Assembly (NCBI RefSeq): GCF_044704955.1
Contig: NC_091977.1
Span: forward strand, 523,280,001-523,344,000
Length of the DNA: 64,000 nt
Direction: 5' to 3'
Source: Pristiophorus japonicus
Lineage: Eukaryota
A program made the translations under genes and the position numbers. Shown one piece after another: positions 1-12,345 of this stretch; the first letter of the stretch is position 1, and every line of letters begins with the position of its first letter. The notes under the pieces are model-generated. The model was not told where the DNA came from. It made no database searches and saw nothing but the letters and a program-made list of their open reading frames with translations.

Positions 1-2626
1 TTTTTTTTACAGTTTGTATCGCGACACTTTGGTTCAGTCACTTGCATTCATTACATTTTACAGTCATGCACCAGGATTGGGTAGATTGCATAATTAGTTC
101 AGTCATGGTCAGTACTGAGGTAGTACAGCAACCGGACGGGGTCCTAGTCGGCTGATGGCGGTGCTGCACCCCCAGCTAGCGGGGTGGGCTTGGTTCGCTC
201 ACCTTGCTGGGACTCAGGGCCTTTGCTGTTGCCTAGTGGTGGGCAGAGCCACAGAAGTGTGAGGCCTCCCTGTCCTCCTCTGAGGGCTGCAGAATCTTCT
301 GCCTGCTCTCTAACGGTGTTGGGAACCTGGCTGTTCCATGTCCCGTTTGGGGAACTCGTTGGTTCTGACCTTTCGCTCCAGGACATGGCCAAGGCAGCGA
401 CTGGGTCTGGGGGCTGCGCTGCCTCCACCCTGGTGGTGGGCAACGGCGGCTGACTGCGCGTATTGGTGCCGTTTTCATTTCCAGGTCTGTGGCGAATAGT
501 GCCATCGGGTGCTTGCATCGTGGGATAAACCTGGGGCAGGGTATCAGGATCAGTGCCTTCACCCTCCCGAATTCGCTCGCTGGCTACTTTTGGGAACACT
601 ATATTCCAGACATGTCGCAACAACATTTTGTTCTGAACATTCTTAATTGGTTTGTTACGTTGATTGCCTTGTATACAATGTCTCTTTAAGTTCAGTTGAT
701 TGCTGGTCTCCTTTAAGAGAACCCTGCCACACCATGCTGCACCTCGCTGCAGCAGGGACGTCATCTTGCCTCTATCCTCAAGGTCGACTGCCTTGATCCT
801 TCTCTCCCGTGATTCTGCCACAAAAGCTGGAAGAGTGCCTGTGAATTCGATCTTCCTCCCCAGGAGTCCTGCCACTGGAGCCGGGAAGGTACTTTGAGGG
901 CGTTCCGGTCGGATCATTGCCACGCAGTCGTGATGGGCGGTCTGTGCCTCAGGTGCTGCATTGGTCTGTTCTCTGGTGCCTGGCCCAAGCGAAGATGAGG
1001 TTTTGCTCTGTCTCTGAGCACAGGGGACATCGATTGCTGGAGTGACGAGGTCTTCCCATTTCGACTGGATCTTCCCCATCCACCTTCCGAGTAGCGTTGG
1101 ACCAGCACCTGCATCAATCCACAGAGGTAACTTGTGCACCATGCCATTATGGATTACACTTACATCCGCACTACCAAGGACTGGGATCAGCTCCGTGGTG
1201 TAGGTACACAACTTTTCCTGTACTGGAACCAGCTCGGGTCGTTTTTCATTCCATAGTCTCTCAAAGGCATCCTGGCTCATCACTGACTGGCTCGCTCCTG
1301 TGTCCACTTCCATGAAGACTGGAACGCTGTGTATCTCGACTTCCATCTTCACTGGAGGACAATTGGTGGTGCAGGTATACGCTCCATACACTTCTTCTTG
1401 GGGCCGAGCTGCCTCTCTGGCCAAATCATCATACTCCCCGCTGGATTCAAAGCCATCGACCGACTCTTCTGCGAGACGGTGAATCGTATTTCTTTTACAC
1501 ATACGCTGGAGGTGGCCCTTCATGTTTCAGGCTTTGCATACGTACTCAGCAAACCGACACTGGTGAGTCCTATGGTTTCCTCCGTAACGCCAGCATGATG
1601 CTACTCAATTAACACCCCTCGGCGGACTCTGAGTTCTGGAACCCTGAGGTCCGTGCTCTCTGCCCTGGGTAGAGCCATGTTCTACAGTCTTGCCTGTGAA
1701 AGGCACCATTCTGTGTACAGTACTTGCTGGGTTTGAGTCCACAGGATGAATAATTTGCTTGGTGCTGCAGGTCGAGGTCATGAACGCTTGACTGATGCTG
1801 ATGGCCTTCTGCAGGTTGACTGAGGTGTCGGCAGATAATAGCTTGTGAAGTAGGCCCTCGTGGCCAATTCCCATAACGATGATGTCTCGCAATGCTTCAT
1901 TGAGGTGCGTGCCAAAATCACATGATGTCGCAAATCTCCTGAGGTCGGCAGCATATTTTGCAATCTCCTGGCCCTCAGGTCTGCGGTGAGTGTAGAATCT
2001 GTGCCCGGCCGTGAGGATGCTCTCTTTTGGTTTTAGTTGGTCGTGAATTATATGTCTTATATGGCTCATCGTATGTCTTATCCTTGGCCTTCGTGGGTGC
2101 CAGCAAGTCCCTGATGAGGCGGTAGACCTCGGGCCCACAACTGGTCAGCAGTATAGACTTGCGGTTCTCCGATGATGCGTCCATCTCCCCTGCCAGGTCG
2201 TTTGCCACGAAATATAGCTCGAGCCTTTCCATGAGAGCATTCCAATCATCACCCTCTGCGAAGTCGTTTAGTGTGCCAAAGGTAGCCATAATCGCGTGAA
2301 AGTCCGTATTCTCGTCGCCAGTTAGTATGTCTGTAATGTACCTATGAATGACTCCACGAGGCAATGTGTTGTACTCAAACTGTAGTGACCTTGGTCCTTT
2401 ATTTGTAACTCCAGAGTGAGGCAGCCACACGGTGGCTCCCCTTTTATACAGCCCCTGCCACCAGGGCAGGAAAACCCGGTCTCCACCAGTTGCGCCCTCT
2501 AGTGATGCCAGCATGTACATACACTGTGTAAACCTTATTGATCGTACATCAGATAAACAAGTCTCCATCTTATGCAACTATACAGTGACTACACAGAGAG
2601 TATATCTATGGTCTGCACATATAACA
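1..2626 (-). mobile_element. Ty3/Gypsy LTR retrotransposon 5' part: LTR (~2323-2626), PBS, frameshifted gag with zinc knuckle, aspartic protease
   Basis: LTR starts TGTTAT and has TATAAAA and AATAAA. PBS TGGCGACGAG at 2311-2320 is complementary to a tRNA-Ser 3' end. Gag WNALMERLELYFVAND...LLTSCG; protease EVDTGASQSV and LLGR motifs. Confidence 0.9.
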
Positions 2627-2894
2627 AACGTCATTTACTGCAAGATGTGAACAATAACGCGCTGATTCAAGGAATCCTGTCCTCCTAAAGTCAAGACACC
2701 AGGTGATGGGTGGTTGTGGGAGGGGGGGGGGTGAGAATGAAGGGGTTCATTTGGCCTCAACACTGATATATATTCACCCATTCACCTCTCAGTGGGGGTC
2801 ATTTTCACTTTTGGCGGTAAGTGTAAAGCAGACAATAACGGAGTTACTATCTGTTATTCATCTCTACCAATTTTCTTTTCCGTTGAATTCTACT

Positions 2895-3705
2895 GGGTAC
2901 AGTAATATAGTGGTTATGTTACTGGACTAGTAATCCAGAGGCCTGGAGCAATAATATGGAGGCGTGAGTTCAAATCCCACTACAGTAGCTGGGGAAATTT
3001 AAATTCAGTTAATTAAAAAAAAATCTGGAATTAAAAAGCTAGTACAGGTTCAGCATCCGAAATCCGGAGTTCCAGAATCCGGACAATGGAAAAATGTTCC
3101 AAAATCCAGCTCCCCGCCTCGGCCCCCCCTACCTTCCCCTCGCCTATGCCCTCCCCAGGCCTCGGCCCCCTCGCCTCATCTGCCGGAACTCCGTCTTCGC
3201 CCGCCCGACCTCCCCAGGCCTCGGCCACCTGAACTCCGACGACGCCCAACCTCCCCCACCCTCCTACCTACCTCGGCCCAGTTGTTTCCAGATTCGGGAC
3301 ATTGGAAAGACATTCCGAAATTCGGAAATACCCGAAATCCGGAGAGGCCTCAGTCCCGAGGTTTCCGGATGTTCCACCTGTATCAGTAATGGTGACCATG
3401 AAACTACCGGATTGTCATAATCTGGTTCACTAATTCCTGCCATCCTTACCCGGTCTGGCCTATATGTCACTCCAGACCCACAACAATGTGGTTGCTGCTT
3501 AACTGCCCTCTGAAATGGCCTAGCAAGCCACTCAGTTGTACCAAACCACTGCGACAAAGTTAGCACTGTGGGAGTAACTTCACCCCATGGACTGCAGTGG
3601 TTCAAGAAGGTGGCTTACCACCACCTTCTCAAGGGCAATGAAGGATGGGCAATATATGCTGGCCTTGACAGTGACACCCACATCCTGTAAACGAATAAAT
3701 AAAAA
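2895..3705 (+). mobile_element. tRNA-derived SINE interrupted by a MITE
   Basis: A-box/B-box-like head (tagtggtta..., gagttcaaatccc); a second copy lies at 25340-25775. Confidence 0.75.
3045..3380. mobile_element. Tc1/mariner-pogo-like MITE with TA target-site duplication
   Basis: TIRs caggttcagcatccg / cggatgttccacctg flanked by TA. The empty site aaagctagTAtcagtaatgg is visible in the SINE copy near 25445. Confidence 0.85.
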
Positions 3706-4881
3706 AACAGATCTTATGTTACTCAGCAGCTTCTCTTACTCAGTATCATGCGCTATGGATATGGATAAGGTTCAGTGAAGATGCTCCAATGGATAATACT
3801 GATAGATGCTTACTACTTTAAAATTAATTTGGAAACGAAGGTAGCATGGAGCTCACACCAGGGAAGCTGGTTACACATCCAAAACTCTATGCCTTGTTGC
3901 TATTGCTGCAGAAGAATGCAACAAGGCTCAGCATGCTAAACATATTAATACAGAATGCCATTTTTGCTTTTTCTATAGGTTTAGGATTGTTTAACTGATA
4001 GACTTGGCAAACTCAACAGTACAGGCCTTAAAAGGCATGGTGCTTTTCTGTGGTGTGTTGTGTCTTGTACAATGTCACTGTGCGCTGTACAAATTGAAGA
4101 GAGGAACCAACACACTGTGCTGTGGATTAAAAGGATGTGAGTTTGCACTGTTAATCCCCAGCTGGTGAATTAAAATTCTCAGTCACGCCATTATGGAGAG
4201 GTGTTGAATAGGATGGAAAGTATCATTTACAGAAGTATTTTAGGATGCTTTCATACATCTGGAAGTCAGTCACAGACGGCAAAATGAGATCTTGGCTGAT
4301 TTGCGACCGAACTCCATAAACCCGCCTTTGGCCCATATCCCTTAGGTGGCATGGTAAGCTTATTAAAAAAAAAGTAAATACCTTAAAACAGGTTTCTAAA
4401 ATGTTTGCTTGTTTTGGTTGGTGCAATTTGGGTGCACAGGAAAGAAGAGGAGAGAGAAAATAATTACTGTCATTATCTGGATGACTAATAGTCTGAAATC
4501 AAGGTTAACACTCGAGTCTCTGCAACTAATCTTCACAGGAGACATGTTGGCTGAAACCCAGGCAGGGCTGTGGAGAATAACAACTTCTCTGACAAGTGTT
4601 GAATCACAAACCACGATCTGAATACAGAACCTTCCACAAACACCAGGACTTAAATGCCCACAGTTCTTGGGAAAAATTATGAGTATGAAACATGGAGGCG
4701 TTGCTAATATGTTTTGAGGGTGACGTTGCAAGGAACTGTTAGTCAACCTATACAACCTTCTCCAATCTGTATCTCAGTGCTTAATAGCCTTAAGTGCAGC
4801 AGCGAGAACACTTGGTGGCCTTTCCACCTCCTATTGCTGTAATCTCTTCCAGCCCTTTGTCCCCATTCCTTTAACACAGGC

Positions 4882-5485
4882 TGTAATGTATGCACCTGTG
4901 AGTATGCTCACAGGCGGTTGCGCCCCCCCCCCCTTTAATAAGGGAACACTTGATTATTGGTGTCTACAAAAATAGTTGTAGAGCTATTGCTTCCGCGAGA
5001 GGTGGGCGCCGCCGGGACTGGAGTGCATCATCACCCCCGGCAACCAAATTTTAATGTCTAAAGTTTAATTTGTTTAAGTTGTCAGTTTTAGCGCCCCCAC
5101 CCCCTTTTAGCCAGGGGGCACTTGTATAATGTGTTTTAGTACCCTCTAAAAAAAGAAAACAAAAAAAAAAAGGAGGCACTTGAAAAGTTTTTGGAGTGTG
5201 CCCCTGCCCGCCCCTTTAATCAGGGGGCACTTGATTATTTGTTTTCTACAAAAATAGTTGCAGAGCTGTTGCATTGTGAGTAGATTAGCCAGTCACGTGA
5301 TGTTCACAAGTCTCAATAAAACCATGGTCTAGGTCATCCACAATGAGGTATGCAGTTGTGAGTCTAGTGGATGAACAGGTAATGTATAGTGTGATTGTTA
5401 AACCTTTAATAAACCAACTAGTTCTTAATAGCAATGTGTTGCTATGAATTCTTAAGCAAAGAACCCATGAAGCAAATGCATTACA
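4882..5485 (+). mobile_element. Solo LTR (TGTAATG...CATTACA) carrying nested LINE insertions
   Basis: Same family as 7231-7482, with AATAAA; interrupted at 4915-5256. Confidence 0.8.
4915..5256 (+). mobile_element. Two tandem 5'-truncated L1/Tx1-like LINE 3' ends
   Basis: ORF2 C-terminus-like FRERWAPPGLECIITPGNQILMSKV* at 4991-5068. Both inserts end tctacaaaaata followed by gttgYagagctRttgc. Confidence 0.65.
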
Positions 5486-5589
5486 TGGACCTTTTGTGCA
5501 TCCTCTCTCTCACTTGGACCCACCATTGGTGGTCGAGCCTTCAGCTGTCTTATTGCTACTATTTAGAATTGCCTTTTTCATACCTCTGC

Positions 5590-5921
5590 ACTTGTCAGTC
5601 CACCTTTCTTTCAGATGAGATATTAAACCGAGGCCCCGTCTGCTCTCGCGGGTGGATGTAAAAGATCCCGTGGCACTATTTCTAAGAAGAGCAGAAGAGT
5701 TCTCCCTGGTGCCCTGACCAATAGTTATCCATCAAGCAACCTCACTTTAAAAACCAGATTTTCTATTTATCAGATTGCTGTTTCTGGGACTTCGCTGTGT
5801 GCAAATTGGCTGTGGTGTTTCCTACATTACAACAGTGACTATACTTCTAAAGTACTTAGTTGGCTGTAAAGCACTTTGGATTGACCTGAGGCTGTGAAAG
5901 GCGCTATATAAATGCAAGTTT
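5590..5921 (+). mobile_element. DeuSINE (SacSINE1-like) 3' part
   Basis: Deu domain ttcagatgagatattaaaccgaggccccgtc...aaaagatcccgtggcact and L2-type tail ggcgctatataaatgcaag. Confidence 0.75.
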
Positions 5922-7007
5922 AAAAAAAAACCTCTACACCCAGCCTTTCAACAATATCCCCTCCGAATGACTTCCTTTCTGGCTCAGTGCCTGTTTTCAT
6001 TATGCCTATTTTCATTATGCCTATTTATGAAGCACTTTGGGATTCTTTTGATATTAAAGGCACTGTATAAATGCAAGTTGTTGTGGCAGGTTCAAGCCCC
6101 AGTGCTCATTCATGCTGAGACACAAGCTGTTAATATAGCGTTAAGGCTCCCAATGGAACAAATGTGGTGGCAGAACTTTATCCATCTCACTGCATCACAA
6201 ACATACTTTTATGGAACACCATGGACGTTGATGGCATGCTGGACAGTCTCACCCTGCCACCTCAAAAATGGAAATGAGTGGTGCAAAGAGCATATAGTAG
6301 CATATCAGAATGCTGCTATAGTGCACTGCAGCAACTTGCCACGGCTTCTTCGGCAGCACCTCCCAAACCCTCCACCTCTACCCCTCGAAGGACAAGGGCA
6401 GCAGGTGCATAAGAACACCACCACCTCCAAGTTCCCCTCCAAGTCACACGCCATCCTGACTTGGAAATAAATCGCCATTCCTTCATCGATGCCGGGACAA
6501 AATCTTAGAACTCTCTCCCTAATAGCACTGTTGGAGTACCTTCACCACACGGACTGCAGTGGTTCAAGAAGGCGGCTCAGCATCACCTTCTCGAGGGCAA
6601 TTAGTGATGGGCAATAAACGCTGGCCTTGCCAATGATGCCCACATCCCGGAACAAATTAAAAAAAAAGAATGGTAGGCTATGGGTTTGCTCTTTGCAATC
6701 TCCCTAGAGTGTAAGGAATCTTGGTTGTGCTGCCAAGGGGAGGCACTGATGCTTCCACACAAAGATTGGTGATTTGAAGGCATTGTTATACCATCCATCA
6801 GCACCTGCCTTTTGACTGGAGAGTGCTCTGTGACTTGGCCAAACTTAGGGAGAAGTGCAAGATAAAACAAAAGTGATGGGGAGGGAAAAAAGTATTCGGG
6901 AGAACAACACTAAACACAAAAAAATTAACATTGAAGAATTAGATTAATTGAATAGTCACTTTTTATTCTCCGATTGCCCTCAATTGCGATTTGATAGCTT
7001 GAATTAG

Positions 7008-7625
7008 GAACATAAGAACTGGAGGAGGCCATTCAACTCCTCTCGCTTGTTCCATCATTGAGATCATGGCTGATCTGTACCTCAACTCCATTTACCCAAC
7101 TTAGCTCCATATCCCTTGATACCCTTAACCTAACAAATATCTATCGATCACAATATTAAAAGCTCCAATTAACCTAGCAACCCCAGCATATTGGGACAGT
7201 GAATTCCAGATTTCTATTACTCTTCGTGTGTGTAATGTATGCATCTAGGTTTGTAGAGTTTAGTGTGGCTTAGCCAGTCATGTGATGTTCACAAGATTCA
7301 ATAAAACCGCAGTCAGTTGGGTCTAGGTTATCTACGATGAGGTATGCAGTTATGAGCCTGGTGGATGAACTGGTAATGTGTAGTGTGATTATTAAATCTT
7401 TGCTATTAAGAACAAGTTGGTTTATTCACAATGTGTTGCTATGAATTCTTCAGTAAAGAACCTATGAAGCAAATACATTACAGTGTGAAAAATTGCTCCC
7501 CGATGTCCCTCCTGAATGGCCTGGCTCGTTCTGGATTCCCCCACCAGAGGAAATAATTTCTCTGTATTAACTCTATCGAATCCTTTTAACATTTTAAACA
7601 CCTCGATCAGATCACCCTTTAATCT
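7008..7625 (-). mobile_element. CR1 LINE 3' fragment hosting a solo LTR
   Basis: gaacataagaa tail repeat and CR1 3' UTR motifs shared with other copies in the window. Confidence 0.75.
7231..7482 (+). mobile_element. Solo LTR with 5-bp TSD GTGTG
   Basis: tgtaatgtat...atacattaca terminal inverted repeat; gtgtg at 7226-7230 and 7483-7487. Confidence 0.88.
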
Positions 7626-8559
7626 TATATATTATTACATAGTTAGCATCAGCAATTTATCTTTTATGATGACAAACGAGTCAACTAATCATTGAGTGGG
7701 CAGAATCCGTAGCTGATGGAGAGCTTTACGTAAATAAATTGATGAATTTGCCATGTCAACCTGCAATAGGAACACGCAGTCCTTTTTAAAAATGATAAAC
7801 GTTTGTAACACAGCCACTGAATAACATACAACTCAAAAAAGTTTCACAAGATTGTAGGCTGGCTCCCGTTTTATAAATACCTGAAGGATAACAATAATGG
7901 AAAAGATGACCGGAGCATTTTTTGTCAGTATATTCTGTCTAGTTTTGATTTGACTAATAATTTTTCACCGACTTTCCAACAGTTTGAATTTAGCACATTT
8001 ATTTAGACGGAGAGTATTTTCTGCACAGGATTCAAAACAACATACGTTACTGGTAATTAGGAAATATGTCCCATCAAATGTGGACATAAGACAACATGGA
8101 CAATAAACTTTCACGAGCTGCTAGGGTTACCATCTCTGGCTGCACATATTTGTGATGGTTTCATCACATGACCTCCTGCCTCTAACTGCCACGCCCCTAT
8201 ATTTTCACCATTGGTCGCCCACCACGTCAATCTTCGCGACCTGCCTTCCCACTCAAATACCCTAGTCGTATAAACATAGGATTAGGATTTGGTTTAATCT
8301 CATATGATTAAAGTTTTGGGTTTCTTTTTACATACTGAAATGGTCAAAAAATTCTTCATTCCCAGGATGCTTTAGGGTTTGATTTATCAGGGTACAATTT
8401 AGTTAACACGGTGCTTTAATTATTTGCTGAAACTACAGGTTGTAAAATATTCAAGTCTCTTGACTTGTTTTCATGGCCACATTGGGAAACAGTTAGTCAA
8501 GGCAGTTTTGAGATAAGGAATGGAACAATGGAAGGATAGGATGGTAACAAGTTGGCAAG

Positions 8560-8945
8560 AACATATGAGTAGTAGGAGGCCATATGGCCCCTCGAGCCTG
8601 CTACACCATTCAATAAGATCATGGCTGATCATCGACCTCAACTACACTTTCCCGTTCGATCTCTATATCCCTCGATTCCAAAAATCTACCTATCGCAGCC
8701 TTGAATATACTCCCACTCAGCCCTCTGGGGTAGAGAAATCCAAAAGATTCACAACACTCCGAGTGAAGAAATTGCTCTTCATCTCTGTCTTGCCTGGCCT
8801 ACTCCTTATCCCCTCAGCATTTATCCTGTCAATCCCCTTCAGAATTTTGTGTTTCAATGAGATTACCTCCCATTCTTCTAAACTCCAGAAAGGAGAGGCC
8901 CATTTTACACAATCTCTCATCTTAAGGCAGCCCTCTCATCCAAGG
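8560..8945 (-). mobile_element. CR1 LINE 3' fragment
   Basis: KILKGIDR..AE and NFFTRSVVNL remnants of the CR1 ORF2 C-terminus. Confidence 0.75.
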
Positions 8946-9699
8946 CATCTGTTGTTTTGAAGGAAATGTATTCTTTCTGGGGGGGGGGGGGTCTTGTTGA
9001 CAATAACATTAGTCATGCTATAATGAATCAGCAATAACGGTATTTTGAGAGAAACAAACTATAAAGATCTCAAGCTTTTTGTAACAGGATTGGAAAAAAA
9101 CAACGATGGTTACATCTCTACCCAGAGTAACCAGATGGGGAAGTATTGTTCATTTCCCTGTATGCCTACTGCTTAAAGATAGTGTATCTGGACTTAATTG
9201 AAGACAAAAATGGATTTTTGTTACATCCATTTTTGGAATTGGATTCAAATTGTTATAACACCAATTGTAAAGTGAATAGACTCTTTAATACCTGATTGGA
9301 TGATTCTTGATCGTCAGTCAAATAGCCTTCCCCCCCACCCACCCCATGTCCAATATTTTCATAACAAAAGTGTGCAAATAATGTGTTTTAAAACACAATC
9401 CTTTAATTCCCCTGTGATTTTTTTTCCGCTGGGTTGTTCACATTTGATTTAGCTGCCGACTAATTTTTTAAAATTTGTTTAACAATCTTTTTAATACTGT
9501 TCACTCTTTCAGATATGCTGTCAACTTTTTGTTGCAGATTGGTTTCGACCACCGAGTTACCCCTTCCCAGTTCTCCCTTCTTGGGTGTTTGTTGGTCTCC
9601 AGCATCAAAGGCTTCATGTCCATTAATTCCTTCACCAAAATTCACTTCCTGTAAAACATTTTTTTTAAAGATTGCTTTCAACATAAAGCGTCAACTTTG

Positions 9700-10118
9700 A
9701 TTCATTAGTAACACTCTCGCCTCGGTGTTAGAAGTCCCAGTCCAGACTTGGACCCATATTCTAGGTTGGCACTTCATTGCAGTACTGAAGGAGCGATGGT
9801 CGAAGGTAGTCTTTTAGATGAGACATTATAATCAAGGTCCCATCTGCTCTCTCAGGTGGACATAAAAGATTCCACAGCATTTTCAAAAAAGAACGGAGTT
9901 CTCCCTGGTGTCCTGAACAATACTTATGCCTCAACCAACATGACTAAAAAACAGAATACCATCTCATTGCTGTTTGTGGGAGTTTACTGTGTGTAAACTG
10001 GCTGCCACATTTCACCAGTGAATACACTTTTAAAGTACAATACTTAATTGGCTGTAAAGGACTTTAAGACATCATAAGATTGCAAAAGGAGTTATATAAA
10101 TACAAGTTCCTTCTTTCT
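9700..10118 (+). mobile_element. DeuSINE copy
   Basis: tRNA-like head, Deu domain and L2 tail, as at 17578. Confidence 0.7.
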
Positions 10119-10328
10119 AACATTGTTTCTCCATTTTCCAACTAGTACTGCTGACAGAATTTGTGCACTATGTCTCAAAGGGATCAAGTGTGCATTTTCA
10201 ACTCATAGTAGTGATTATTTGTGGCATCGGCTGCCTCAACATACTTCTGGCGGAATTTGGTAATAAATCTTAAATTTTTATCCATCAAAAATCCGCCAGG
10301 AGTGCTGCCTAACACGTGTAAATTAGTA

Positions 10329-10490
10329 ACAGAAAATGCTGGAAACATTCAGCAGGTTAAGAAGCATCTGTGGAGATAAAGAGTTAACGTTACAGCTCTA
10401 TGAAAGGTCAGCAACCTGAAATGTAAATCTCTCCACAGATGCTGCCTGACCTGCCGAGCATTTCCAGCATTTTGCATTTTTATTTCAGGA
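10329..10490. mobile_element. Inverted pair of Penelope terminal-repeat fragments
   Basis: aaatgctggaaa...gcatctgtggaga mirrored by tctccacagatgc...tttccagcattt; same repeat as 51405-51503. Confidence 0.7.
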
Positions 10491-11687
10491 TTCTGAGTAT
10501 TTTGTTTTTTTCCAAATCTGTAAATTCATTTCTGTTATGTTCTGCCCTGCAATTTAATGGAGATGACATAGGATAGGGTTGCAATTAATTACTCTGGCAG
10601 CTCTTTCACACCTCACCCACATCTATTCATGCGCGAGTCTAGACAGTGAGCACTGCCAAGCTTTTTAACCATGGCAGCATTGTAATCGAGATCAACATTG
10701 CCCTCATTGAATATCCTACATCTTTGCACTATCTAGGTCAGGGTCACTCGATAGTAATCAGGAACAGGAGTAATTGATGATGTGATGCATTTACCTACTG
10801 AATCATGCAGGAACACACCACTTATGTTTTTAAAAAAAAAGTATGGTACTAGTGCGTGTATATATATATTTTTTTTTCCTGGGCGTAAAATGGACGCAAA
10901 ACATACCAGTTTAGCAATGGGACAGTTTGTGCCCAATCTGAGCAAGCATTGATCCCACTAATTGGGGTGGGTTTTAACATTTGGGTGGCACACCCAGATG
11001 GCAAAGGGTGGGGTTGCTGGAGCAGCAGAGACCCAGATTATTTCTGTGGGGTCTGGAGCTTCCGGCAACACAATAATGATTTCAAACTTACCTTGGCTGG
11101 GCCTTGGTTGATGTGCAACGAACACGCTCCGACCAGTTCCAACATAAATTGAGAATTTAGAAGCAACTTCTTTACCCAGAGAGTGGTGAGAATGTGGAAC
11201 TCGCTACCACAGGGAGTGGTTAAAGTGAATAATATATATGCATTTAAGGGGAGGCTAGACAAGCATACGAGGGAGAAGGGAACAGAGGGTTATGCTGATA
11301 ATTAGATGAGGTAAGAGGAGAGGAGGCTTGAGTGAAGCATAGAAGCTGGCATGGCTTGATTGGGCCAAATAGCCTGTTTCTGTACTGTATATCCTATGTA
11401 ATAAATGGGCAATCTGATATTAAAATAGCCTACATTTGAAACAAGGCAGATGATCAACTCATCCAGCATAAGACACCTTTTCAAAATGTCGCTGGCCTCT
11501 TTGGTGTTAATCGGTAACGCTACTGACCCTACTTTGAGCTGTTATATCCCATTAATGGCAGGCGATAGATGTCAAAATTGACCTCCTGAAAGAGTGAGGG
11601 CCAATTTTTCAGGTGTCTCCAAAACAGCCGCGAGGCCCCATTAATATGTTAATTAGGGCCCCAACACCTGTTGAGCCTTTGGGGAAA

Positions 11688-12345
11688 TAAGAACATAAGA
11701 ATTAGGAACAGGAGTAGGCCATCGAACCCCTCGAGCCTGCTCCACCATTCAACAAGATCATGGCTGATCTGGCCGTGGACTCAGCTCCACTTACCCGCCC
11801 GCTCCCCATAACCCTTAATGGTTAAAAATCTATCTGTGATTTGAATACATTCAACAAGCTAGCCTCAACTGCTTCCTTGGGCAGAGAATTCCACAGATTC
11901 ACAACCCTCTGGGAGAAGAAATTCCTTCTCAACTCGGTTTTAAATTGGCTCCACTGTATTTTGAGGCTGTGCCCCTAATTCTAGTCTCGCCGACCAGTGG
12001 AAACAACCTCTCTGCTTCTATCTTGTCTATCCCTTTCATTATTTTACATTTTTCTGTAAGATCACCCCTCATCCTTCTGAACTCCAGTTTACTCAATCTA
12101 TCATAAGGTAACCCTCTCATCTCCGGAATCAGCCTCGTGAATCGTCTCTGTACCCCCTCCAAAGCTAGTATATCCTTCCTTAAGGAAGGTGACCAAAACT
12201 GCACGCAGTACTCCAGGTGCGGCCTCACCAATACCCTGTACAGTTGCAGCAGGACCTCCCTGCTTTTGTACTCCATCCCTCTCGCAATGAAGGCCAACAT
12301 TCCATTCGCCTTCCTGATTACCTGCTGCACCTGCAAACTAACTAA
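11688..12345 (-). mobile_element. Young CR1 LINE 3' end
   Basis: ORF 11929-12375: KANGMLAFI...LVRPHLEYCVQFWSP...VQRRFTRLIP; very similar to 46110-46795. Confidence 0.92.

Noticed and set aside
5091-5232. Repeated cagggggcact motifs read as a CTCF cluster or CRISPR-like array
   Set aside because: Better explained as the repetitive 3' UTR of the Tx1-like insert; spacing is irregular and the context is eukaryotic.
11092-11145. ATG...AAG|GTAAGT segment phase-compatible with the 9648 exon
   Set aside because: It appears embedded in degraded repeat sequence next to a CR1 fragment; similar donors recur in local TIR elements.
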